Shown here piece after piece: positions 20,084 to 30,030 of a stretch of 58,954 nt of DNA. Numbering within the stretch: the first letter of the stretch is position 1; each line of letters begins with the position of its first letter. The translations under genes were made by a program, and so were the position numbers. The DNA lies in the NCBI GenBank assembly GCA_947446605.1, contig CANFHJ010000004.1, forward strand, positions 1 through 58,954. The letters are read 5' to 3'. Source of the DNA: Bacteroidota bacterium. Its GTDB lineage: Bacteria; Bacteroidota; Bacteroidia; UKL13-3. The notes beneath the pieces were generated by a model that was given only the letters and a program-made list of their open reading frames with translations, was not told where the DNA came from and ran no database searches.

Positions 20084-21010
20084 TTAATCTGCATTTCCGC
20101 TGCTCTTCAACATCATTGCTTGAATTTGGCGCATGGTCTTTTCCATGCCATCTGGACTACCATCTAAAAATATAACATTACCCTTTCCATACTCTGCAAA
20201 ATTCTTTACAGCTTCTGTCCACATGCTAAACAAAATTACATTGGTATCTAAATTGGCTTGCTTCATTTCCTCCGCAGCATTAGACATCCCTTTAGCTACT
20301 GCTTGTCTAAACAAGGCAACGCCTTCTCCACGCAACAAGGCTGCTTGTTTCTCTGCTTCAGCAGAAATTTTTATTGCATTACCTTCTGCCTCGGCAGCCT
20401 TTGTTTTTGTAATTAATAAAGCCTGACCTTCATTTTCAGCGGCAGCTTTTAAATTATTTGAAGCCACAACTTTGCTCATGCTCTCTATAATGGCCTGGTC
20501 AAAAGTAATATCATTGATTTGCAAATCTTGTAAATGATAACCCCAAGTAGATAAAGTATGGTCAATTTGATCTTTCACAAAATCAACAATTTCTTTACGC
20601 GAAGCCAACACCTCTGCTTGTTTTTTTGAAGCCACAAAAGCACGAATACTGCCTTCAATGGTGCGAATCAAAGCTTGCATCAAATCCTTTTCGCTAAAAA
20701 ACTTAAACGCAACACGTTGAATGGTTTCGTCCTCTTGATCCATTACACTAAACAACAACATGGATTTAAAATATACATTAGCCTGATCAATAGTTACCGC
20801 CTGAAATTCTAATTCTACCGAACGATTTTGAATAGAAATCTTTTTATAAACCTGCTCAATAATTGGAATTTTTAAATTTAATCCAGGTTGCATAATGCGT
20901 TTGTATTTTCCAAAAACAGTAATTACGGTTACCGTTCCTTGTTGAACAGTTTGCAAGCCACTGAATAAAATCATGGCAACTGCAACAAATAAAATTAAAA
21001 TTACATACAT
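20084..21010 (-). CDS. SPFH/band 7 domain membrane protein
   Basis: N-terminal TM anchor, FGKYKRIMQPGLNLKIP, and AAENEG/AEAEG coiled coil. Confidence 0.9.
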   Translation of the reverse strand: MYVILILFVAVAMILFSGLQTVQQGTVTVITVFGKYKRIMQPGLNLKIPIIEQVYKKISIQNRSVELEFQAVTIDQANVYFKSMLLFSVMDQEDETIQRVAFKFFSEKDLMQALIRTIEGSIRAFVASKKQAEVLASRKEIVDFVKDQIDHTLSTWGYHLQDLQINDITFDQAIIESMSKVVASNNLKAAAENEGQALLITKTKAAEAEGNAIKISAEAEKQAALLRGEGVALFRQAVAKGMSNAAEEMKQANLDTNVILFSMWTEAVKNFAEYGKGNVIFLDGSPDGMEKTMRQIQAMMLKSSGNAD

Positions 21011-21166
21011 ATGAATAGGGGTTTAATAGGGTTTTATTAACTGATTAAAAACAAAACTAACACATTCTGAGCTAGGAACAAGCTATGTAGGTCACATTAA
21101 AAAAAAATGCCTAAAATCCTTTTTGGTTCGAACCAATTACTTAATATTGTGCTACAAGAAAAGCAT

Positions 21167-22480
21167 ATGATTTCAAGTATTGTATTTTTGATTCTCACAG
21201 GAGTGGCCTCCTACTTTTTTGCAAAAAACCTAAGTAAAATTAGACGTAATATTTTATTGGGCAAAGACATTGATCTTTCAGACAATAAACCTCTTCGCTT
21301 TAAAACCATGCTAGGCGTGGCCTTTGGGCAAAGTAAAATGAAAGCAAGGCCGGTTCCTTTTGTTTTGCATTTCATTGTGTATGCAGGATTTATCCTCATC
21401 AATATTGAGGTGCTTGAAATACTCATAGATGGAATTTTTGGCACCCACAGAGTCCTATCTGTTTTCGGACCAATTTACAATTTGGCAATTGGCTTTTTTG
21501 AAATTCTTGCATTTGCTGTTTTGGTTTCTTGCATCCTCTTTTTGTTTCGCAGATACATTGTTAAAATTGCCCGCTTTCAAAGTCCAGAATTAAAAGGCTT
21601 TGCCAGCAGAGATGCTGCCACTATTTTGTTTGTAGAAATTGTTTTAATGGGCGCTTTGCTTAAAATGAATGCAGCAGATCAAATCTTGCAATTACGCGGA
21701 GTAGAGCACTATATCAAAGCAGGCTCATTCCCAATTAGCTCTTGGCTTGTGGTGCCTTTTTATAATTGGCTTAACATGAGTGATGCTAGTCTTATTTTCT
21801 TAGAAAGAATTGCCTGGTGGTTCCATATTATTGGTATTTTCTTGTTCATGAATTACCTGCCTTTTAGCAAGCATTTCCATATTATTATGGCCTTTCCTAA
21901 TACATGGTATTCTAACCTAAAAGCAAAAGGCGAACTCAATAACATGGCTTCCGTTACGCAAGAGGTTAAGTTAATGCTCGATCCAAGCGCCCAAACTCCT
22001 GAAGGCTATCAGCCACCAACCAGCTTTGGTGTAAAAGATGTAACAGACCTTACCTGGAAAAATTTAATGGATGCCTACACCTGCACAGAGTGCGGCAGGT
22101 GCACCAGTGTTTGCCCGCAAAACCAAACAGGTAAAACATTGTCGCCACGCAAAATAATGATGGATACCCGCGACCGTTTAGAAGAAGTAGGTAAAAATAT
22201 TGATGCCAATAAAGGAACTTTTGTAGACGATAACAAAAACCTACATTCCTATATTTCTGAAGCAGAATTATGGGCATGTAATACTTGTAACGCCTGCGTT
22301 GAAGCTTGTCCGGTAAATATAAACCCAATGGAAATTATTGTTGAAATGCGCCGCTATAAAGTAATGGAACAAAGTGCTGCTCCTGCTGCTATTAACAATA
22401 TGTTTAGCAATATGGAAAACAACCAGGCGCCATGGCAATTCTCGCCAATGGACCGCGCCAATTGGACACAAGAGGATTAA
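21167..22480 (+). CDS. Membrane-bound Fe-S oxidoreductase subunit (FadF/HdrE-D-like N-terminal half)
   Basis: Five TM segments, SKHFHI, and two ferredoxin motifs CTECGRCTSVCP and CNTCNACVEACP; ATG 21167 preferred. Confidence 0.88.
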   Translation: MISSIVFLILTGVASYFFAKNLSKIRRNILLGKDIDLSDNKPLRFKTMLGVAFGQSKMKARPVPFVLHFIVYAGFILINIEVLEILIDGIFGTHRVLSVFGPIYNLAIGFFEILAFAVLVSCILFLFRRYIVKIARFQSPELKGFASRDAATILFVEIVLMGALLKMNAADQILQLRGVEHYIKAGSFPISSWLVVPFYNWLNMSDASLIFLERIAWWFHIIGIFLFMNYLPFSKHFHIIMAFPNTWYSNLKAKGELNNMASVTQEVKLMLDPSAQTPEGYQPPTSFGVKDVTDLTWKNLMDAYTCTECGRCTSVCPQNQTGKTLSPRKIMMDTRDRLEEVGKNIDANKGTFVDDNKNLHSYISEAELWACNTCNACVEACPVNINPMEIIVEMRRYKVMEQSAAPAAINNMFSNMENNQAPWQFSPMDRANWTQED

Positions 22481-22512
22481 GAATTTAAAAGAGTAAAGTA
22501 AATATTATTTGT

Positions 22513-23301
22513 ATGAGCGAATTTAAAGTGCGTACCATGGCCACATTGGCCGCTGCCGGCGAAGAAGCAGAAATACTTTTCTGGGTAGGTTGCGCAGGTA
22601 GTTTTGACGAACGTGCACAAAAAATAACGAAGGCTGTGGCAAAAATTTTGCATGCTGCAAACCTCCAATTTGCTATTCTTGGAACAGAAGAAGCCTGTAC
22701 CGGCGATCCCGCCAAACGCGCTGGAAACGAGTTTCTTTTTCAAATGATGGCCATGCAAAATATTGAAACCTTGAACGCATACGGCATTAAAAAAATTGTT
22801 ACCGCTTGTCCGCATTGCTTCAATACCCTCAAAAATGAGTACCCCGCTTTAGGAGGTAACTACGAGGTCTTGCACCATACCACGCTCATCAATCAATTAT
22901 TAAATGAGGGGAAAATAGCCATCAAAGGTGGTGCCTTTAAAGGTCAAAGAATTACCTACCACGATAGTTGCTATTTAGGTAGAGCAAATAATATTTATGA
23001 AGCGCCTCGAGAAATAATTGAAAAGTTAGATGCTGCTTTGGTTGAAATGAAACGCAGCAAAGCCAACGGTTTATGCTGTGGTGCAGGCGGTGCACAAATG
23101 TTTAAAGAAGCAGAAGAAGGCAGCAAAGAAGTAAATATTGAACGCGCAGACGATATCCTAGAATCCAATTCAAATGTGGTAGCTTCTGCCTGTCCTTTCT
23201 GTATGACCATGCTCAGAGATGGTGTTAAACACCATAACAAGGAAGCAGAAATAGACGTAAAAGACTTGGCAGAATTAGTTGCAAATGCAATGGATTTATA
23301 G
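22513..23301 (+). CDS. CCG-domain Fe-S-binding protein (FadF/HdrD-like C-terminal half)
   Basis: FWVGC, CTGD, ACPHC, YHDSCYLGR, CCGAGG and ACPFC motifs. Confidence 0.9.
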   Translation: MSEFKVRTMATLAAAGEEAEILFWVGCAGSFDERAQKITKAVAKILHAANLQFAILGTEEACTGDPAKRAGNEFLFQMMAMQNIETLNAYGIKKIVTACPHCFNTLKNEYPALGGNYEVLHHTTLINQLLNEGKIAIKGGAFKGQRITYHDSCYLGRANNIYEAPREIIEKLDAALVEMKRSKANGLCCGAGGAQMFKEAEEGSKEVNIERADDILESNSNVVASACPFCMTMLRDGVKHHNKEAEIDVKDLAELVANAMDL

Positions 23302-23313
23302 GCCAAAAACCTA

Positions 23314-23628
23314 TTAATTATCTATACGTTCTTTTCCTGCTACTATTTCAAAATAGAGTCTAAAATCTCCTAACAAACTGTAAAGCGGATGCTGAAAAGT
23401 TGCAGGCTTGTTTTTTTCGTAAAAGAAATGCCCAACCCAGGCAAAGCCATAGCCCGCAAGCGGACAAAGCCACAACATTTCAATTTTATGAAATAGAAAT
23501 GCGCCCATCAAAAACACAAAAAACAAAGTGGTGCCAATTACATGTAGTAACCTACACGTTTTATTTTGGTGCTCACTTAAATAATAAGGATAAAATTCAG
23601 CGAAATTTTTGTACTTCTTTGTTTCCAT
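23314..23628 (-). CDS. DUF962/Mpo1-like small membrane protein
   Basis: FYPYYLSEHQN...LHVIG and YGFAWVGHFFYEKNKPATF. Confidence 0.88.
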   Translation of the reverse strand: METKKYKNFAEFYPYYLSEHQNKTCRLLHVIGTTLFFVFLMGAFLFHKIEMLWLCPLAGYGFAWVGHFFYEKNKPATFQHPLYSLLGDFRLYFEIVAGKERIDN

Positions 23629-24140
23629 TATTTTTCATCATTTATGCTTGAAAGCATATATTTTATTACTCCCTTACTTCTAAATAAATCTCTTCTGAAA
23701 TCGTAAAAATAGTATAAATCATACTTATCCTCCCAAACCAAATGCATAGTTTTTATTTGGTGAGCTTCCATGCGCAAATTTAAACACGGACTTACACGGG
23801 TATAATTATAATTAAACTGGCTTTTCCCAATATTGTAATAAGCCATTCCGTGATTAAGCGAAGAATCTAGCAACATCTCTAAAACAACCTCATATTGTGG
23901 GTTTTTGAGTGTGTAATGGTAACCCTCCTTCTCTAAACGTTTTATTGCATAAGAAGTAATTTCTAATTCAAAATTAGTATTCAAGGCACTGGGACTCAAA
24001 TTCACCAATTTAAAACATACTGTCCCCCTTTTCATGGGTGCATTTACCTTTTTTCTATAGGTATAACGCTCGCTACATGCATTTAGCAAACAAATGCAAG
24101 CTATAACAAAAAAACACCTAAAAAATGCGCGTAAATCCAT
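23628..24140 (-). CDS. Hypothetical lipoprotein (possibly DUF4136-like)
   Basis: Lipobox LLNAC after a hydrophobic stretch; stop overlaps the next ATG (TAATG). Confidence 0.6.
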   Translation of the reverse strand: MDLRAFFRCFFVIACICLLNACSERYTYRKKVNAPMKRGTVCFKLVNLSPSALNTNFELEITSYAIKRLEKEGYHYTLKNPQYEVVLEMLLDSSLNHGMAYYNIGKSQFNYNYTRVSPCLNLRMEAHQIKTMHLVWEDKYDLYYFYDFRRDLFRSKGVIKYMLSSINDEK

Positions 24141-24211
24141 GAATTGTCTGCATCCAAATCTCGACAAATTTCATGAATTGCAAACTATTCAAATTGGCAA
24201 ACTGAAAACTT

Positions 24212-25492
24212 TTACTTCAAGAAGCGTTCAAAAGTTGCGCGCTCCAACATTTCTCTGTCATCTGGATGCGCAATACTGGTGAGCATCTCGGCCCTTTGTT
24301 CCATGTTTTTGCCATATAAATTTACTGCACCATATTCTGTTACTACCCAGTGAATGTGCCCACGTGTGGTTACCACTCCCGCTCCTAGCTTTAAAACAGG
24401 CGTAATCCTTGAAATGCCTTTTTTGGTTCGAGACGGCAATGCAATAATTGGCTTACCGCCTTCCGAAAGTGCTGCACCTCTAATAAAATCCATTTGCCCG
24501 CCAATACCAGAAAATTGATACATGCCAATAGAATCGGCACAAACCTGACCCGTTATATCAATCTCTATTGCACTATTAATAGCCGTAACCTTTGGATTTA
24601 AACTCAAAATCCTTGGATCGTTTACATAACTAATATCCATCCCTTTTACAATGGGATTGTCGTCAACAAAATCATATAAACGCCTGCTGCCAATTAAAAA
24701 GCCAGTTACACAATAGCCGTTCACAATCTTCTTCTGGCTATTATTAATAATTCCCTTTTGGATCAAACTAATTGCACCATCCGAAAACATCTCTGTATGT
24801 AAACCCAAGTTTCTGTGTGAATGTAAATTGCGCAAAACATTGTCGGGTATAGTTCCAATACCCAATTGTAGCGTTGCACCATCCTCCACTAACTCGGCAA
24901 CGTTTCTTCCTATTTGCTCGCATTCTGGATCGCTTCCATCTGAATAACTCACCTCTGGCAAGGCATCTGTTACTTCTACTGCATAATCTATCATTGAAAA
25001 AGGTATAAATGCATCACCATGCACACGCGGCATATTGGGGTTAATTTGTGCTATAATTATTTTAGCCTTATAAGCTGCTGCGCGTGCAATATCAACAGAG
25101 GTGCCCAAACTCACAAAACCATGCTTGTCTGGCGGCGAAACATGCAATAAAGCAATATCTAATGGCAGGTAATCCTCATTAAAAAGTTTAGGAATTTCAC
25201 TTAAAAAAACCGGCACATAATCTCCCCTATTAGAATTAACCGCTTGTCGAACCGATTCAGAAACAAACAAAGAATTGATAAAAAAATGCCCCTCTAAAGC
25301 AGGATCATTTAAATCAAAACCCAAGGTGCTTATGCTTACTAACTCAACTTTCCTAAGCTCTTCCTTTCTATCCATTAAGGCTTGAACCAAGGAAATTGGT
25401 GTGGCAGCACTGCCATGTATAAAAACTCTATTGTTAGATTGAATATGCCTTACGGCTTCTTGTGCGCTTACAAATTTAGTTTGCTTAATCAT
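24212..25492 (-). CDS. Acetyl-CoA hydrolase/transferase family (4-hydroxybutyrate CoA-transferase-like)
   Basis: DGATLQLGIGTIP, LGLHTEMFSDG, SGIGGQMDFIRGA, VTEYG and IAHPDDRE. Confidence 0.93.
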   Translation of the reverse strand: MIKQTKFVSAQEAVRHIQSNNRVFIHGSAATPISLVQALMDRKEELRKVELVSISTLGFDLNDPALEGHFFINSLFVSESVRQAVNSNRGDYVPVFLSEIPKLFNEDYLPLDIALLHVSPPDKHGFVSLGTSVDIARAAAYKAKIIIAQINPNMPRVHGDAFIPFSMIDYAVEVTDALPEVSYSDGSDPECEQIGRNVAELVEDGATLQLGIGTIPDNVLRNLHSHRNLGLHTEMFSDGAISLIQKGIINNSQKKIVNGYCVTGFLIGSRRLYDFVDDNPIVKGMDISYVNDPRILSLNPKVTAINSAIEIDITGQVCADSIGMYQFSGIGGQMDFIRGAALSEGGKPIIALPSRTKKGISRITPVLKLGAGVVTTRGHIHWVVTEYGAVNLYGKNMEQRAEMLTSIAHPDDREMLERATFERFLK

Positions 25493-25496
25493 ACTG

Positions 25497-25504
25497 CAAA
25501 TATA
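25497..25504 (-). promoter_or_regulatory. Bacteroidota primary-sigma -7 element (TATATTTG)
   Basis: Matches TAnnTTTG; only 4 nt before the ATG at 25492. Confidence 0.6.
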
Positions 25505-25576
25505 CTTTCAAGCAAAGCCGCACTGCAAAAAAATAATTATGATTTTTATCGGCTACAAAACCATCAAAAGTCAAAT

Positions 25577-26026
25577 TTAATTGTCGCGTTGTTCTTTCAA
25601 TTTTTTGAGCAACTCGCGCTTAAATGCCTGCTCTGCCACAAATAACTTTACCACTTTTTGTGCAGGTAAAACTTTCTTAAACTCAGCAGTGTATTTTTTA
25701 ATTATTTCCAATTCTGCTGCCTTATTAGCTATCATTTCATTGAGCGCTTTTTCTGCCTCCACATCGCTCATATTATCCATTTCACCCGCTTCTTCCATTA
25801 GCTTGGCCCTATTGCCTTTGCGCACCCTTTCCATCTCATCATTAAACCTATTGTATACAGGCCAAAATTTTTGCGCCTCCTCCGGTGTTAAATTTAATCT
25901 TTGGGTTAGAAAACCAATTTTCATGGCCTCAATTTTATCTTTTCTTGCGCCGCCGCCTCTTTGCGCAGAAACCATTCCTGCAAATCCAATTAACACAAAT
26001 AATAGCAATGTTATTTTCATTTTCAT
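25577..26026 (-). CDS. Periplasmic Spy/CpxP-like helical protein of the ECF sigma operon
   Basis: Signal peptide ending SAQ; LNLTPEEAQKFWPVY; third gene after sigma and anti-sigma. Confidence 0.78.
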   Translation of the reverse strand: MKMKITLLLFVLIGFAGMVSAQRGGGARKDKIEAMKIGFLTQRLNLTPEEAQKFWPVYNRFNDEMERVRKGNRAKLMEEAGEMDNMSDVEAEKALNEMIANKAAELEIIKKYTAEFKKVLPAQKVVKLFVAEQAFKRELLKKLKEQRDN

Positions 26027-26039
26027 AATTCTTTTCTCC

Positions 26040-26561
26040 TTATAATTCATCTATTATATAATCCTCATCAATTTCTAAATTAAGCGCATTCATGCCCGCC
26101 GAATCGCTTATAATATTTAGCTTGTCTATCTCCGAACACCAACCCGCATCACACAATAAATCTTCACTTAAATCAACATCATTCAAATGCGCTGCAATAT
26201 CTTCTGCGCTTATTTTTTGGTTCGAACCAAGCTCCTTTTCTGGCCTAGGCTGATATAAAAATAAACCAAAAACAAACAGCAAACTTGCCGCAATTCCCAC
26301 CCACATAAATACCGGTTTGCCATAAAGAGAAATGCTACTTGCCAAGCGCTTGCTTACGCGCTCCTCCAATTGCAAATTTAATTGCACGAAATAATTTTCT
26401 GGCACCACAAAACCACCTTGAACAGGAGGAAATAATGAAGCCTCTTCTTCTGGCATTAATTTATTTTCTAGCTCAGAAAAATAATTCTGGGGCACAGAAA
26501 ATCCTCCTTGAATAGGCAATTCCCTTAAATATCTTTCGCTATTGCTAATCTCTTGATCCAT
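26040..26561 (-). CDS. Putative anti-sigma factor (single TM)
   Basis: Duplicated GGFxVPxNYF motif, then WVGIAASLLFVFG TM helix; follows an ECF sigma gene. Confidence 0.72.
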   Translation of the reverse strand: MDQEISNSERYLRELPIQGGFSVPQNYFSELENKLMPEEEASLFPPVQGGFVVPENYFVQLNLQLEERVSKRLASSISLYGKPVFMWVGIAASLLFVFGLFLYQPRPEKELGSNQKISAEDIAAHLNDVDLSEDLLCDAGWCSEIDKLNIISDSAGMNALNLEIDEDYIIDEL

Positions 26562-26584
26562 TTCTTTATAGATAAAAAAAATCC

Positions 26585-27145
26585 TTATTGGTTTAAATGT
26601 TGTTTAATAATAGCCTCAACTTTTTTAACCGCAATATGGTAGGAGGCTTTTAAAGCTCCTACACTGGTGCCCAAAACAGCCTCCATTTCTTCGTATTTTA
26701 AACCATCAAAGTATTTCATGTTAAAAACCAAACGCTGCTTTTCTGGCAATTGCAAAACCGCTTGCTGCAATAAAAGCGCTAACCTATCTCCATCAAAATA
26801 AGCGCCCGCTACCAATGTTTCGCTCAATTGCTCTTGCAGGGTTTCCATGCTCACGTTCAAATTGGCCTTTTTCTTTTGCAAAAACGCCAAGGCCTCATTG
26901 GTGGCAACCCTATACAACCATGTATAAAGCTGACTATCCTCTCTAAAATCTGCTAATTTTTCCCAAACCTTAATAAAGGTATTTTGAACCACATCATCAG
27001 CATCATCATGGTCAATTACAATGCGCCTCACCTGCCAATAAACCTTTCTGCTATAGCGCTCCAATAACATTTTAAAAGCCGCTTGCTTACGCAAAGGGTC
27101 TTTAAAAAATTGAATGAGTTCGGTATCGCTATAGTTTATCTGCAT
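26585..27145 (-). CDS. ECF sigma-70 family RNA polymerase sigma factor
   Basis: Region 2 DADDVVQNTFIKVW...TWLYRVATN; region 4 LPEKQRLVFNMKY...SVGALKASYH. Confidence 0.95.
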   Translation of the reverse strand: MQINYSDTELIQFFKDPLRKQAAFKMLLERYSRKVYWQVRRIVIDHDDADDVVQNTFIKVWEKLADFREDSQLYTWLYRVATNEALAFLQKKKANLNVSMETLQEQLSETLVAGAYFDGDRLALLLQQAVLQLPEKQRLVFNMKYFDGLKYEEMEAVLGTSVGALKASYHIAVKKVEAIIKQHLNQ

Positions 27146-27281
27146 TTATTAACTTTAACTCTTCTTCAGATGCAAGTTAACTCAAAAGGTTTAATCAAAA
27201 GCCATTTAATTATCAAAGCACCTTGCCTATTATTTGGCATTTTTCTTCCCAATTCAATTTTATTTTCCCGACTTTCGTTTA

Positions 27282-30026
27282 ATGCGAAAAATACTGTTGG
27301 GTTTCTTGCTCGTGTCTTCTTTTCAAAATCTTCTAATTGCCCAATCAAACAATGATTGGCTCAGTGGTGTGCTGCAAAAAAACGACTCTATTTATTTCTT
27401 GTTCTCAGAAGATATTTATCAAATTAAACCTGCTGGAATTTCTGTTACTGGCTCCTTTAGAGGCTGGAGCCAAGATTTAAAAGACGCCAATTGGAACCTA
27501 AAAAATACAAGTGAGGGCAAATGGATTTTAGGAATTTACAACCCCAACTTCAGCAAAATAAATCCATCAACTGCTTTTAAATTTAGAACCAGTGAAGGCC
27601 AATGGCTCAATCCGCCCAAAACAGCTCCAAACCTAGACGGCGGAAATTTGGTTTTTATGAAAGGTTTTATACCCCTAACTGTTGAAGCAGGAATAGTGAA
27701 CAATGAGAAAATTCAAGTCGTAATTAAGGGCATTAACAACGCAAAAGGTTCTTTAAAAACCAATAAAGAAGAATTTATACTCACCGATGCCAAAGGCAAT
27801 AAAATAGGCCTTCAACATATTGAAACACAAACACAAATTAATTTGCCAGCGCAAATAGAAATAGGCCTCTACCCCGCCCAAGCAATAGATAAAAAAAGAG
27901 TTTACTACATAGAAATACCAAGTATCCAGAAAAAAGAATTGTGCAGCTTCGAACCCTGGTTCAAAAACTTAAAAAGTGACAAGCTATTGGGTGCAAACAT
28001 TGCCGAAGATGGCCTATCTACTAGCTTTCGCGTGTTTGCACCAAGAGCAACCAAATTGCGTCTTTACCTCTATGCAAATAAAGACCAACAAACACCCAAC
28101 CAAATTATTGAACTCACAGAAGATTCAATGGGTGTTTGGGAAACCACCATTCCTAAAAACCTCAATGGCATGTGGTATGATTTTACCGTGCATGGCGCAA
28201 CAGATCCAGGGAATTCTTTTTATGAAACCAATCCGGTTCATATCAGCGATCCCTATGCCAGAGTATGCGATGATAGCTTCGGAAAATGCAGGATATGCCA
28301 AAAAACAAAAGCCGCAAAGCCACTTAAAAACGGCCGACCAAAAATGGAAAATGTAATGGCGTATGAAGTGCATGTGCAAGACTTTACAGACCTCCTTCCG
28401 CTTGATTCGAACCTAAAAGGAACCATTCCTGCAATGGGAATAAGTGGTTTAAAAAATAGCCGTGGACAAGCAATAGGTTTTGATTACCTCACCCAATTAG
28501 GCATAAATACCGTTCACCTAATGCCGGTTCAAGAAATGTTACATTGGCCTAAAGATGAGTGGGACAGCGCTTTTAAAAATGATGCCTACATGATTGAGCA
28601 GGGTGTTGCCAAAGAAAATTATGATTGGGGCTATAGAACCTCACACAGCTTTGCCATTGAAACACGCTACCGCCAAAAGGGAACAGAACCGGGTGCAGAA
28701 CGTGAACAATTTAGAGACCTGGTACAAAAATTTCACGAAAAAAATATTGCAGTCATAGTAGATTTTGTATTCAACCATACCGCAGAAAACATGGATGGCC
28801 GAGCCTACCTTTTTCACTTCAATGCCTACGATAAACAATATTATTACCGAACCAAAAACCTTGAACACATTGGCGAATATGGCAATGAAACCAAAAGCGA
28901 AAATCGCTATATGACGCAACGTTGGATCATAGACCAATGCAAAGCGTTTATTGAGGAATTTGGCGTAGATGGTTTCAGAATTGATTTGGCAGGGCAAACC
29001 GACCAACAAACACTGTTGCAACTAAAAAAAGAATTGCCAGAGGATATTATCATATACGGCGAACCTTGGATAGACAGCAACGATCCTGCCTATAACCATA
29101 ACCCAGATTGGCATTGGTACAAAGAAGATGCCCCTATTTGCTATTTCAACGACGATACCAGAAACACCTATAAAGGACCAGTATTTGAATTAAATAAAAA
29201 AGAAACAGACCGGGGCTGGGCCGGCGGAAATGCTAGCCTGCGCAACGATGTTAAATTGGCGCTTACCTGTGGTTTCCCAACACAAAAAAATATCAATAGC
29301 GCAATCAACTATTTAGACATCCACGATAATTTTACCCTTGCTGATCAATTTGCCACAACAGGTTTCGATGGTCGTTATGGTGTAGATGAACTGAATTACA
29401 AAATTGCCGCAGTTTTACTTTTTACCACACCCGGACCCCTGGTTTTACATGGTGGTTCAGAAATGCTACGCAGCAAGGGAATGGCGCCTTTACAAGAAAT
29501 AGAAAAAGCCATTCCAAGCGGTAAATTATACTTTCATGGAAAACGCGATACCTATAATTTGCGCTTTGCCAACCAATTTATTTGGGAAAATATTGGTAAA
29601 ACATTCGACAAAAAACACAGTCCAAGCACCAATATTCCATACGAAAATGCAGATTATTTAAACATGGTAAACTATTGGAAAGGCCTCATAGAATTGCGCA
29701 AACGCTACCTGTTTCCTTTGCCTGCTTACCAAGTTGAAAACACGCAAGAATACCTATTGCCCAAAAATGCCATCCAGTTTTTTGAACCCAAAGACGAGCA
29801 CATTCTTGCTTACATCATTCAAGGAAAAGTAATGGTGGTTTTAAACACCGGAAAAAGAATGGAAGAACTGCAATTTGAAATGCCTAAAGGTAAATGGAGC
29901 TTGGTTGGTAATGCCAATGAAATAGCACTCGACACCAAATTTGCCCAATACCATGAAAGCATTATGGGAGGGGAAAGAAAAATACTAATTGAACCTTATT
30001 CAATTAGTATTTATATCAAAGATTAA
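27282..30026 (+). CDS. Exported GH13 pullulanase/glycogen-debranching-like enzyme with CBM48-like domains
   Basis: Signal peptide from ATG 27282; VTGSFRGW and FRVFAP CBM-like motifs; YDWGY, DFVFNH, and catalytic GFRIDLA, YGEPW, IHDN. Confidence 0.87.
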   Translation: MRKILLGFLLVSSFQNLLIAQSNNDWLSGVLQKNDSIYFLFSEDIYQIKPAGISVTGSFRGWSQDLKDANWNLKNTSEGKWILGIYNPNFSKINPSTAFKFRTSEGQWLNPPKTAPNLDGGNLVFMKGFIPLTVEAGIVNNEKIQVVIKGINNAKGSLKTNKEEFILTDAKGNKIGLQHIETQTQINLPAQIEIGLYPAQAIDKKRVYYIEIPSIQKKELCSFEPWFKNLKSDKLLGANIAEDGLSTSFRVFAPRATKLRLYLYANKDQQTPNQIIELTEDSMGVWETTIPKNLNGMWYDFTVHGATDPGNSFYETNPVHISDPYARVCDDSFGKCRICQKTKAAKPLKNGRPKMENVMAYEVHVQDFTDLLPLDSNLKGTIPAMGISGLKNSRGQAIGFDYLTQLGINTVHLMPVQEMLHWPKDEWDSAFKNDAYMIEQGVAKENYDWGYRTSHSFAIETRYRQKGTEPGAEREQFRDLVQKFHEKNIAVIVDFVFNHTAENMDGRAYLFHFNAYDKQYYYRTKNLEHIGEYGNETKSENRYMTQRWIIDQCKAFIEEFGVDGFRIDLAGQTDQQTLLQLKKELPEDIIIYGEPWIDSNDPAYNHNPDWHWYKEDAPICYFNDDTRNTYKGPVFELNKKETDRGWAGGNASLRNDVKLALTCGFPTQKNINSAINYLDIHDNFTLADQFATTGFDGRYGVDELNYKIAAVLLFTTPGPLVLHGGSEMLRSKGMAPLQEIEKAIPSGKLYFHGKRDTYNLRFANQFIWENIGKTFDKKHSPSTNIPYENADYLNMVNYWKGLIELRKRYLFPLPAYQVENTQEYLLPKNAIQFFEPKDEHILAYIIQGKVMVVLNTGKRMEELQFEMPKGKWSLVGNANEIALDTKFAQYHESIMGGERKILIEPYSISIYIKD

Positions 30027-30030
30027 ACCA

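Noticed and set aside
25581-26045. 154-aa plus-strand ORF, and the other short overlapping ORFs in the track
   Set aside because: Antisense or alternate-frame shadows of well-supported genes, with no recognisable motifs
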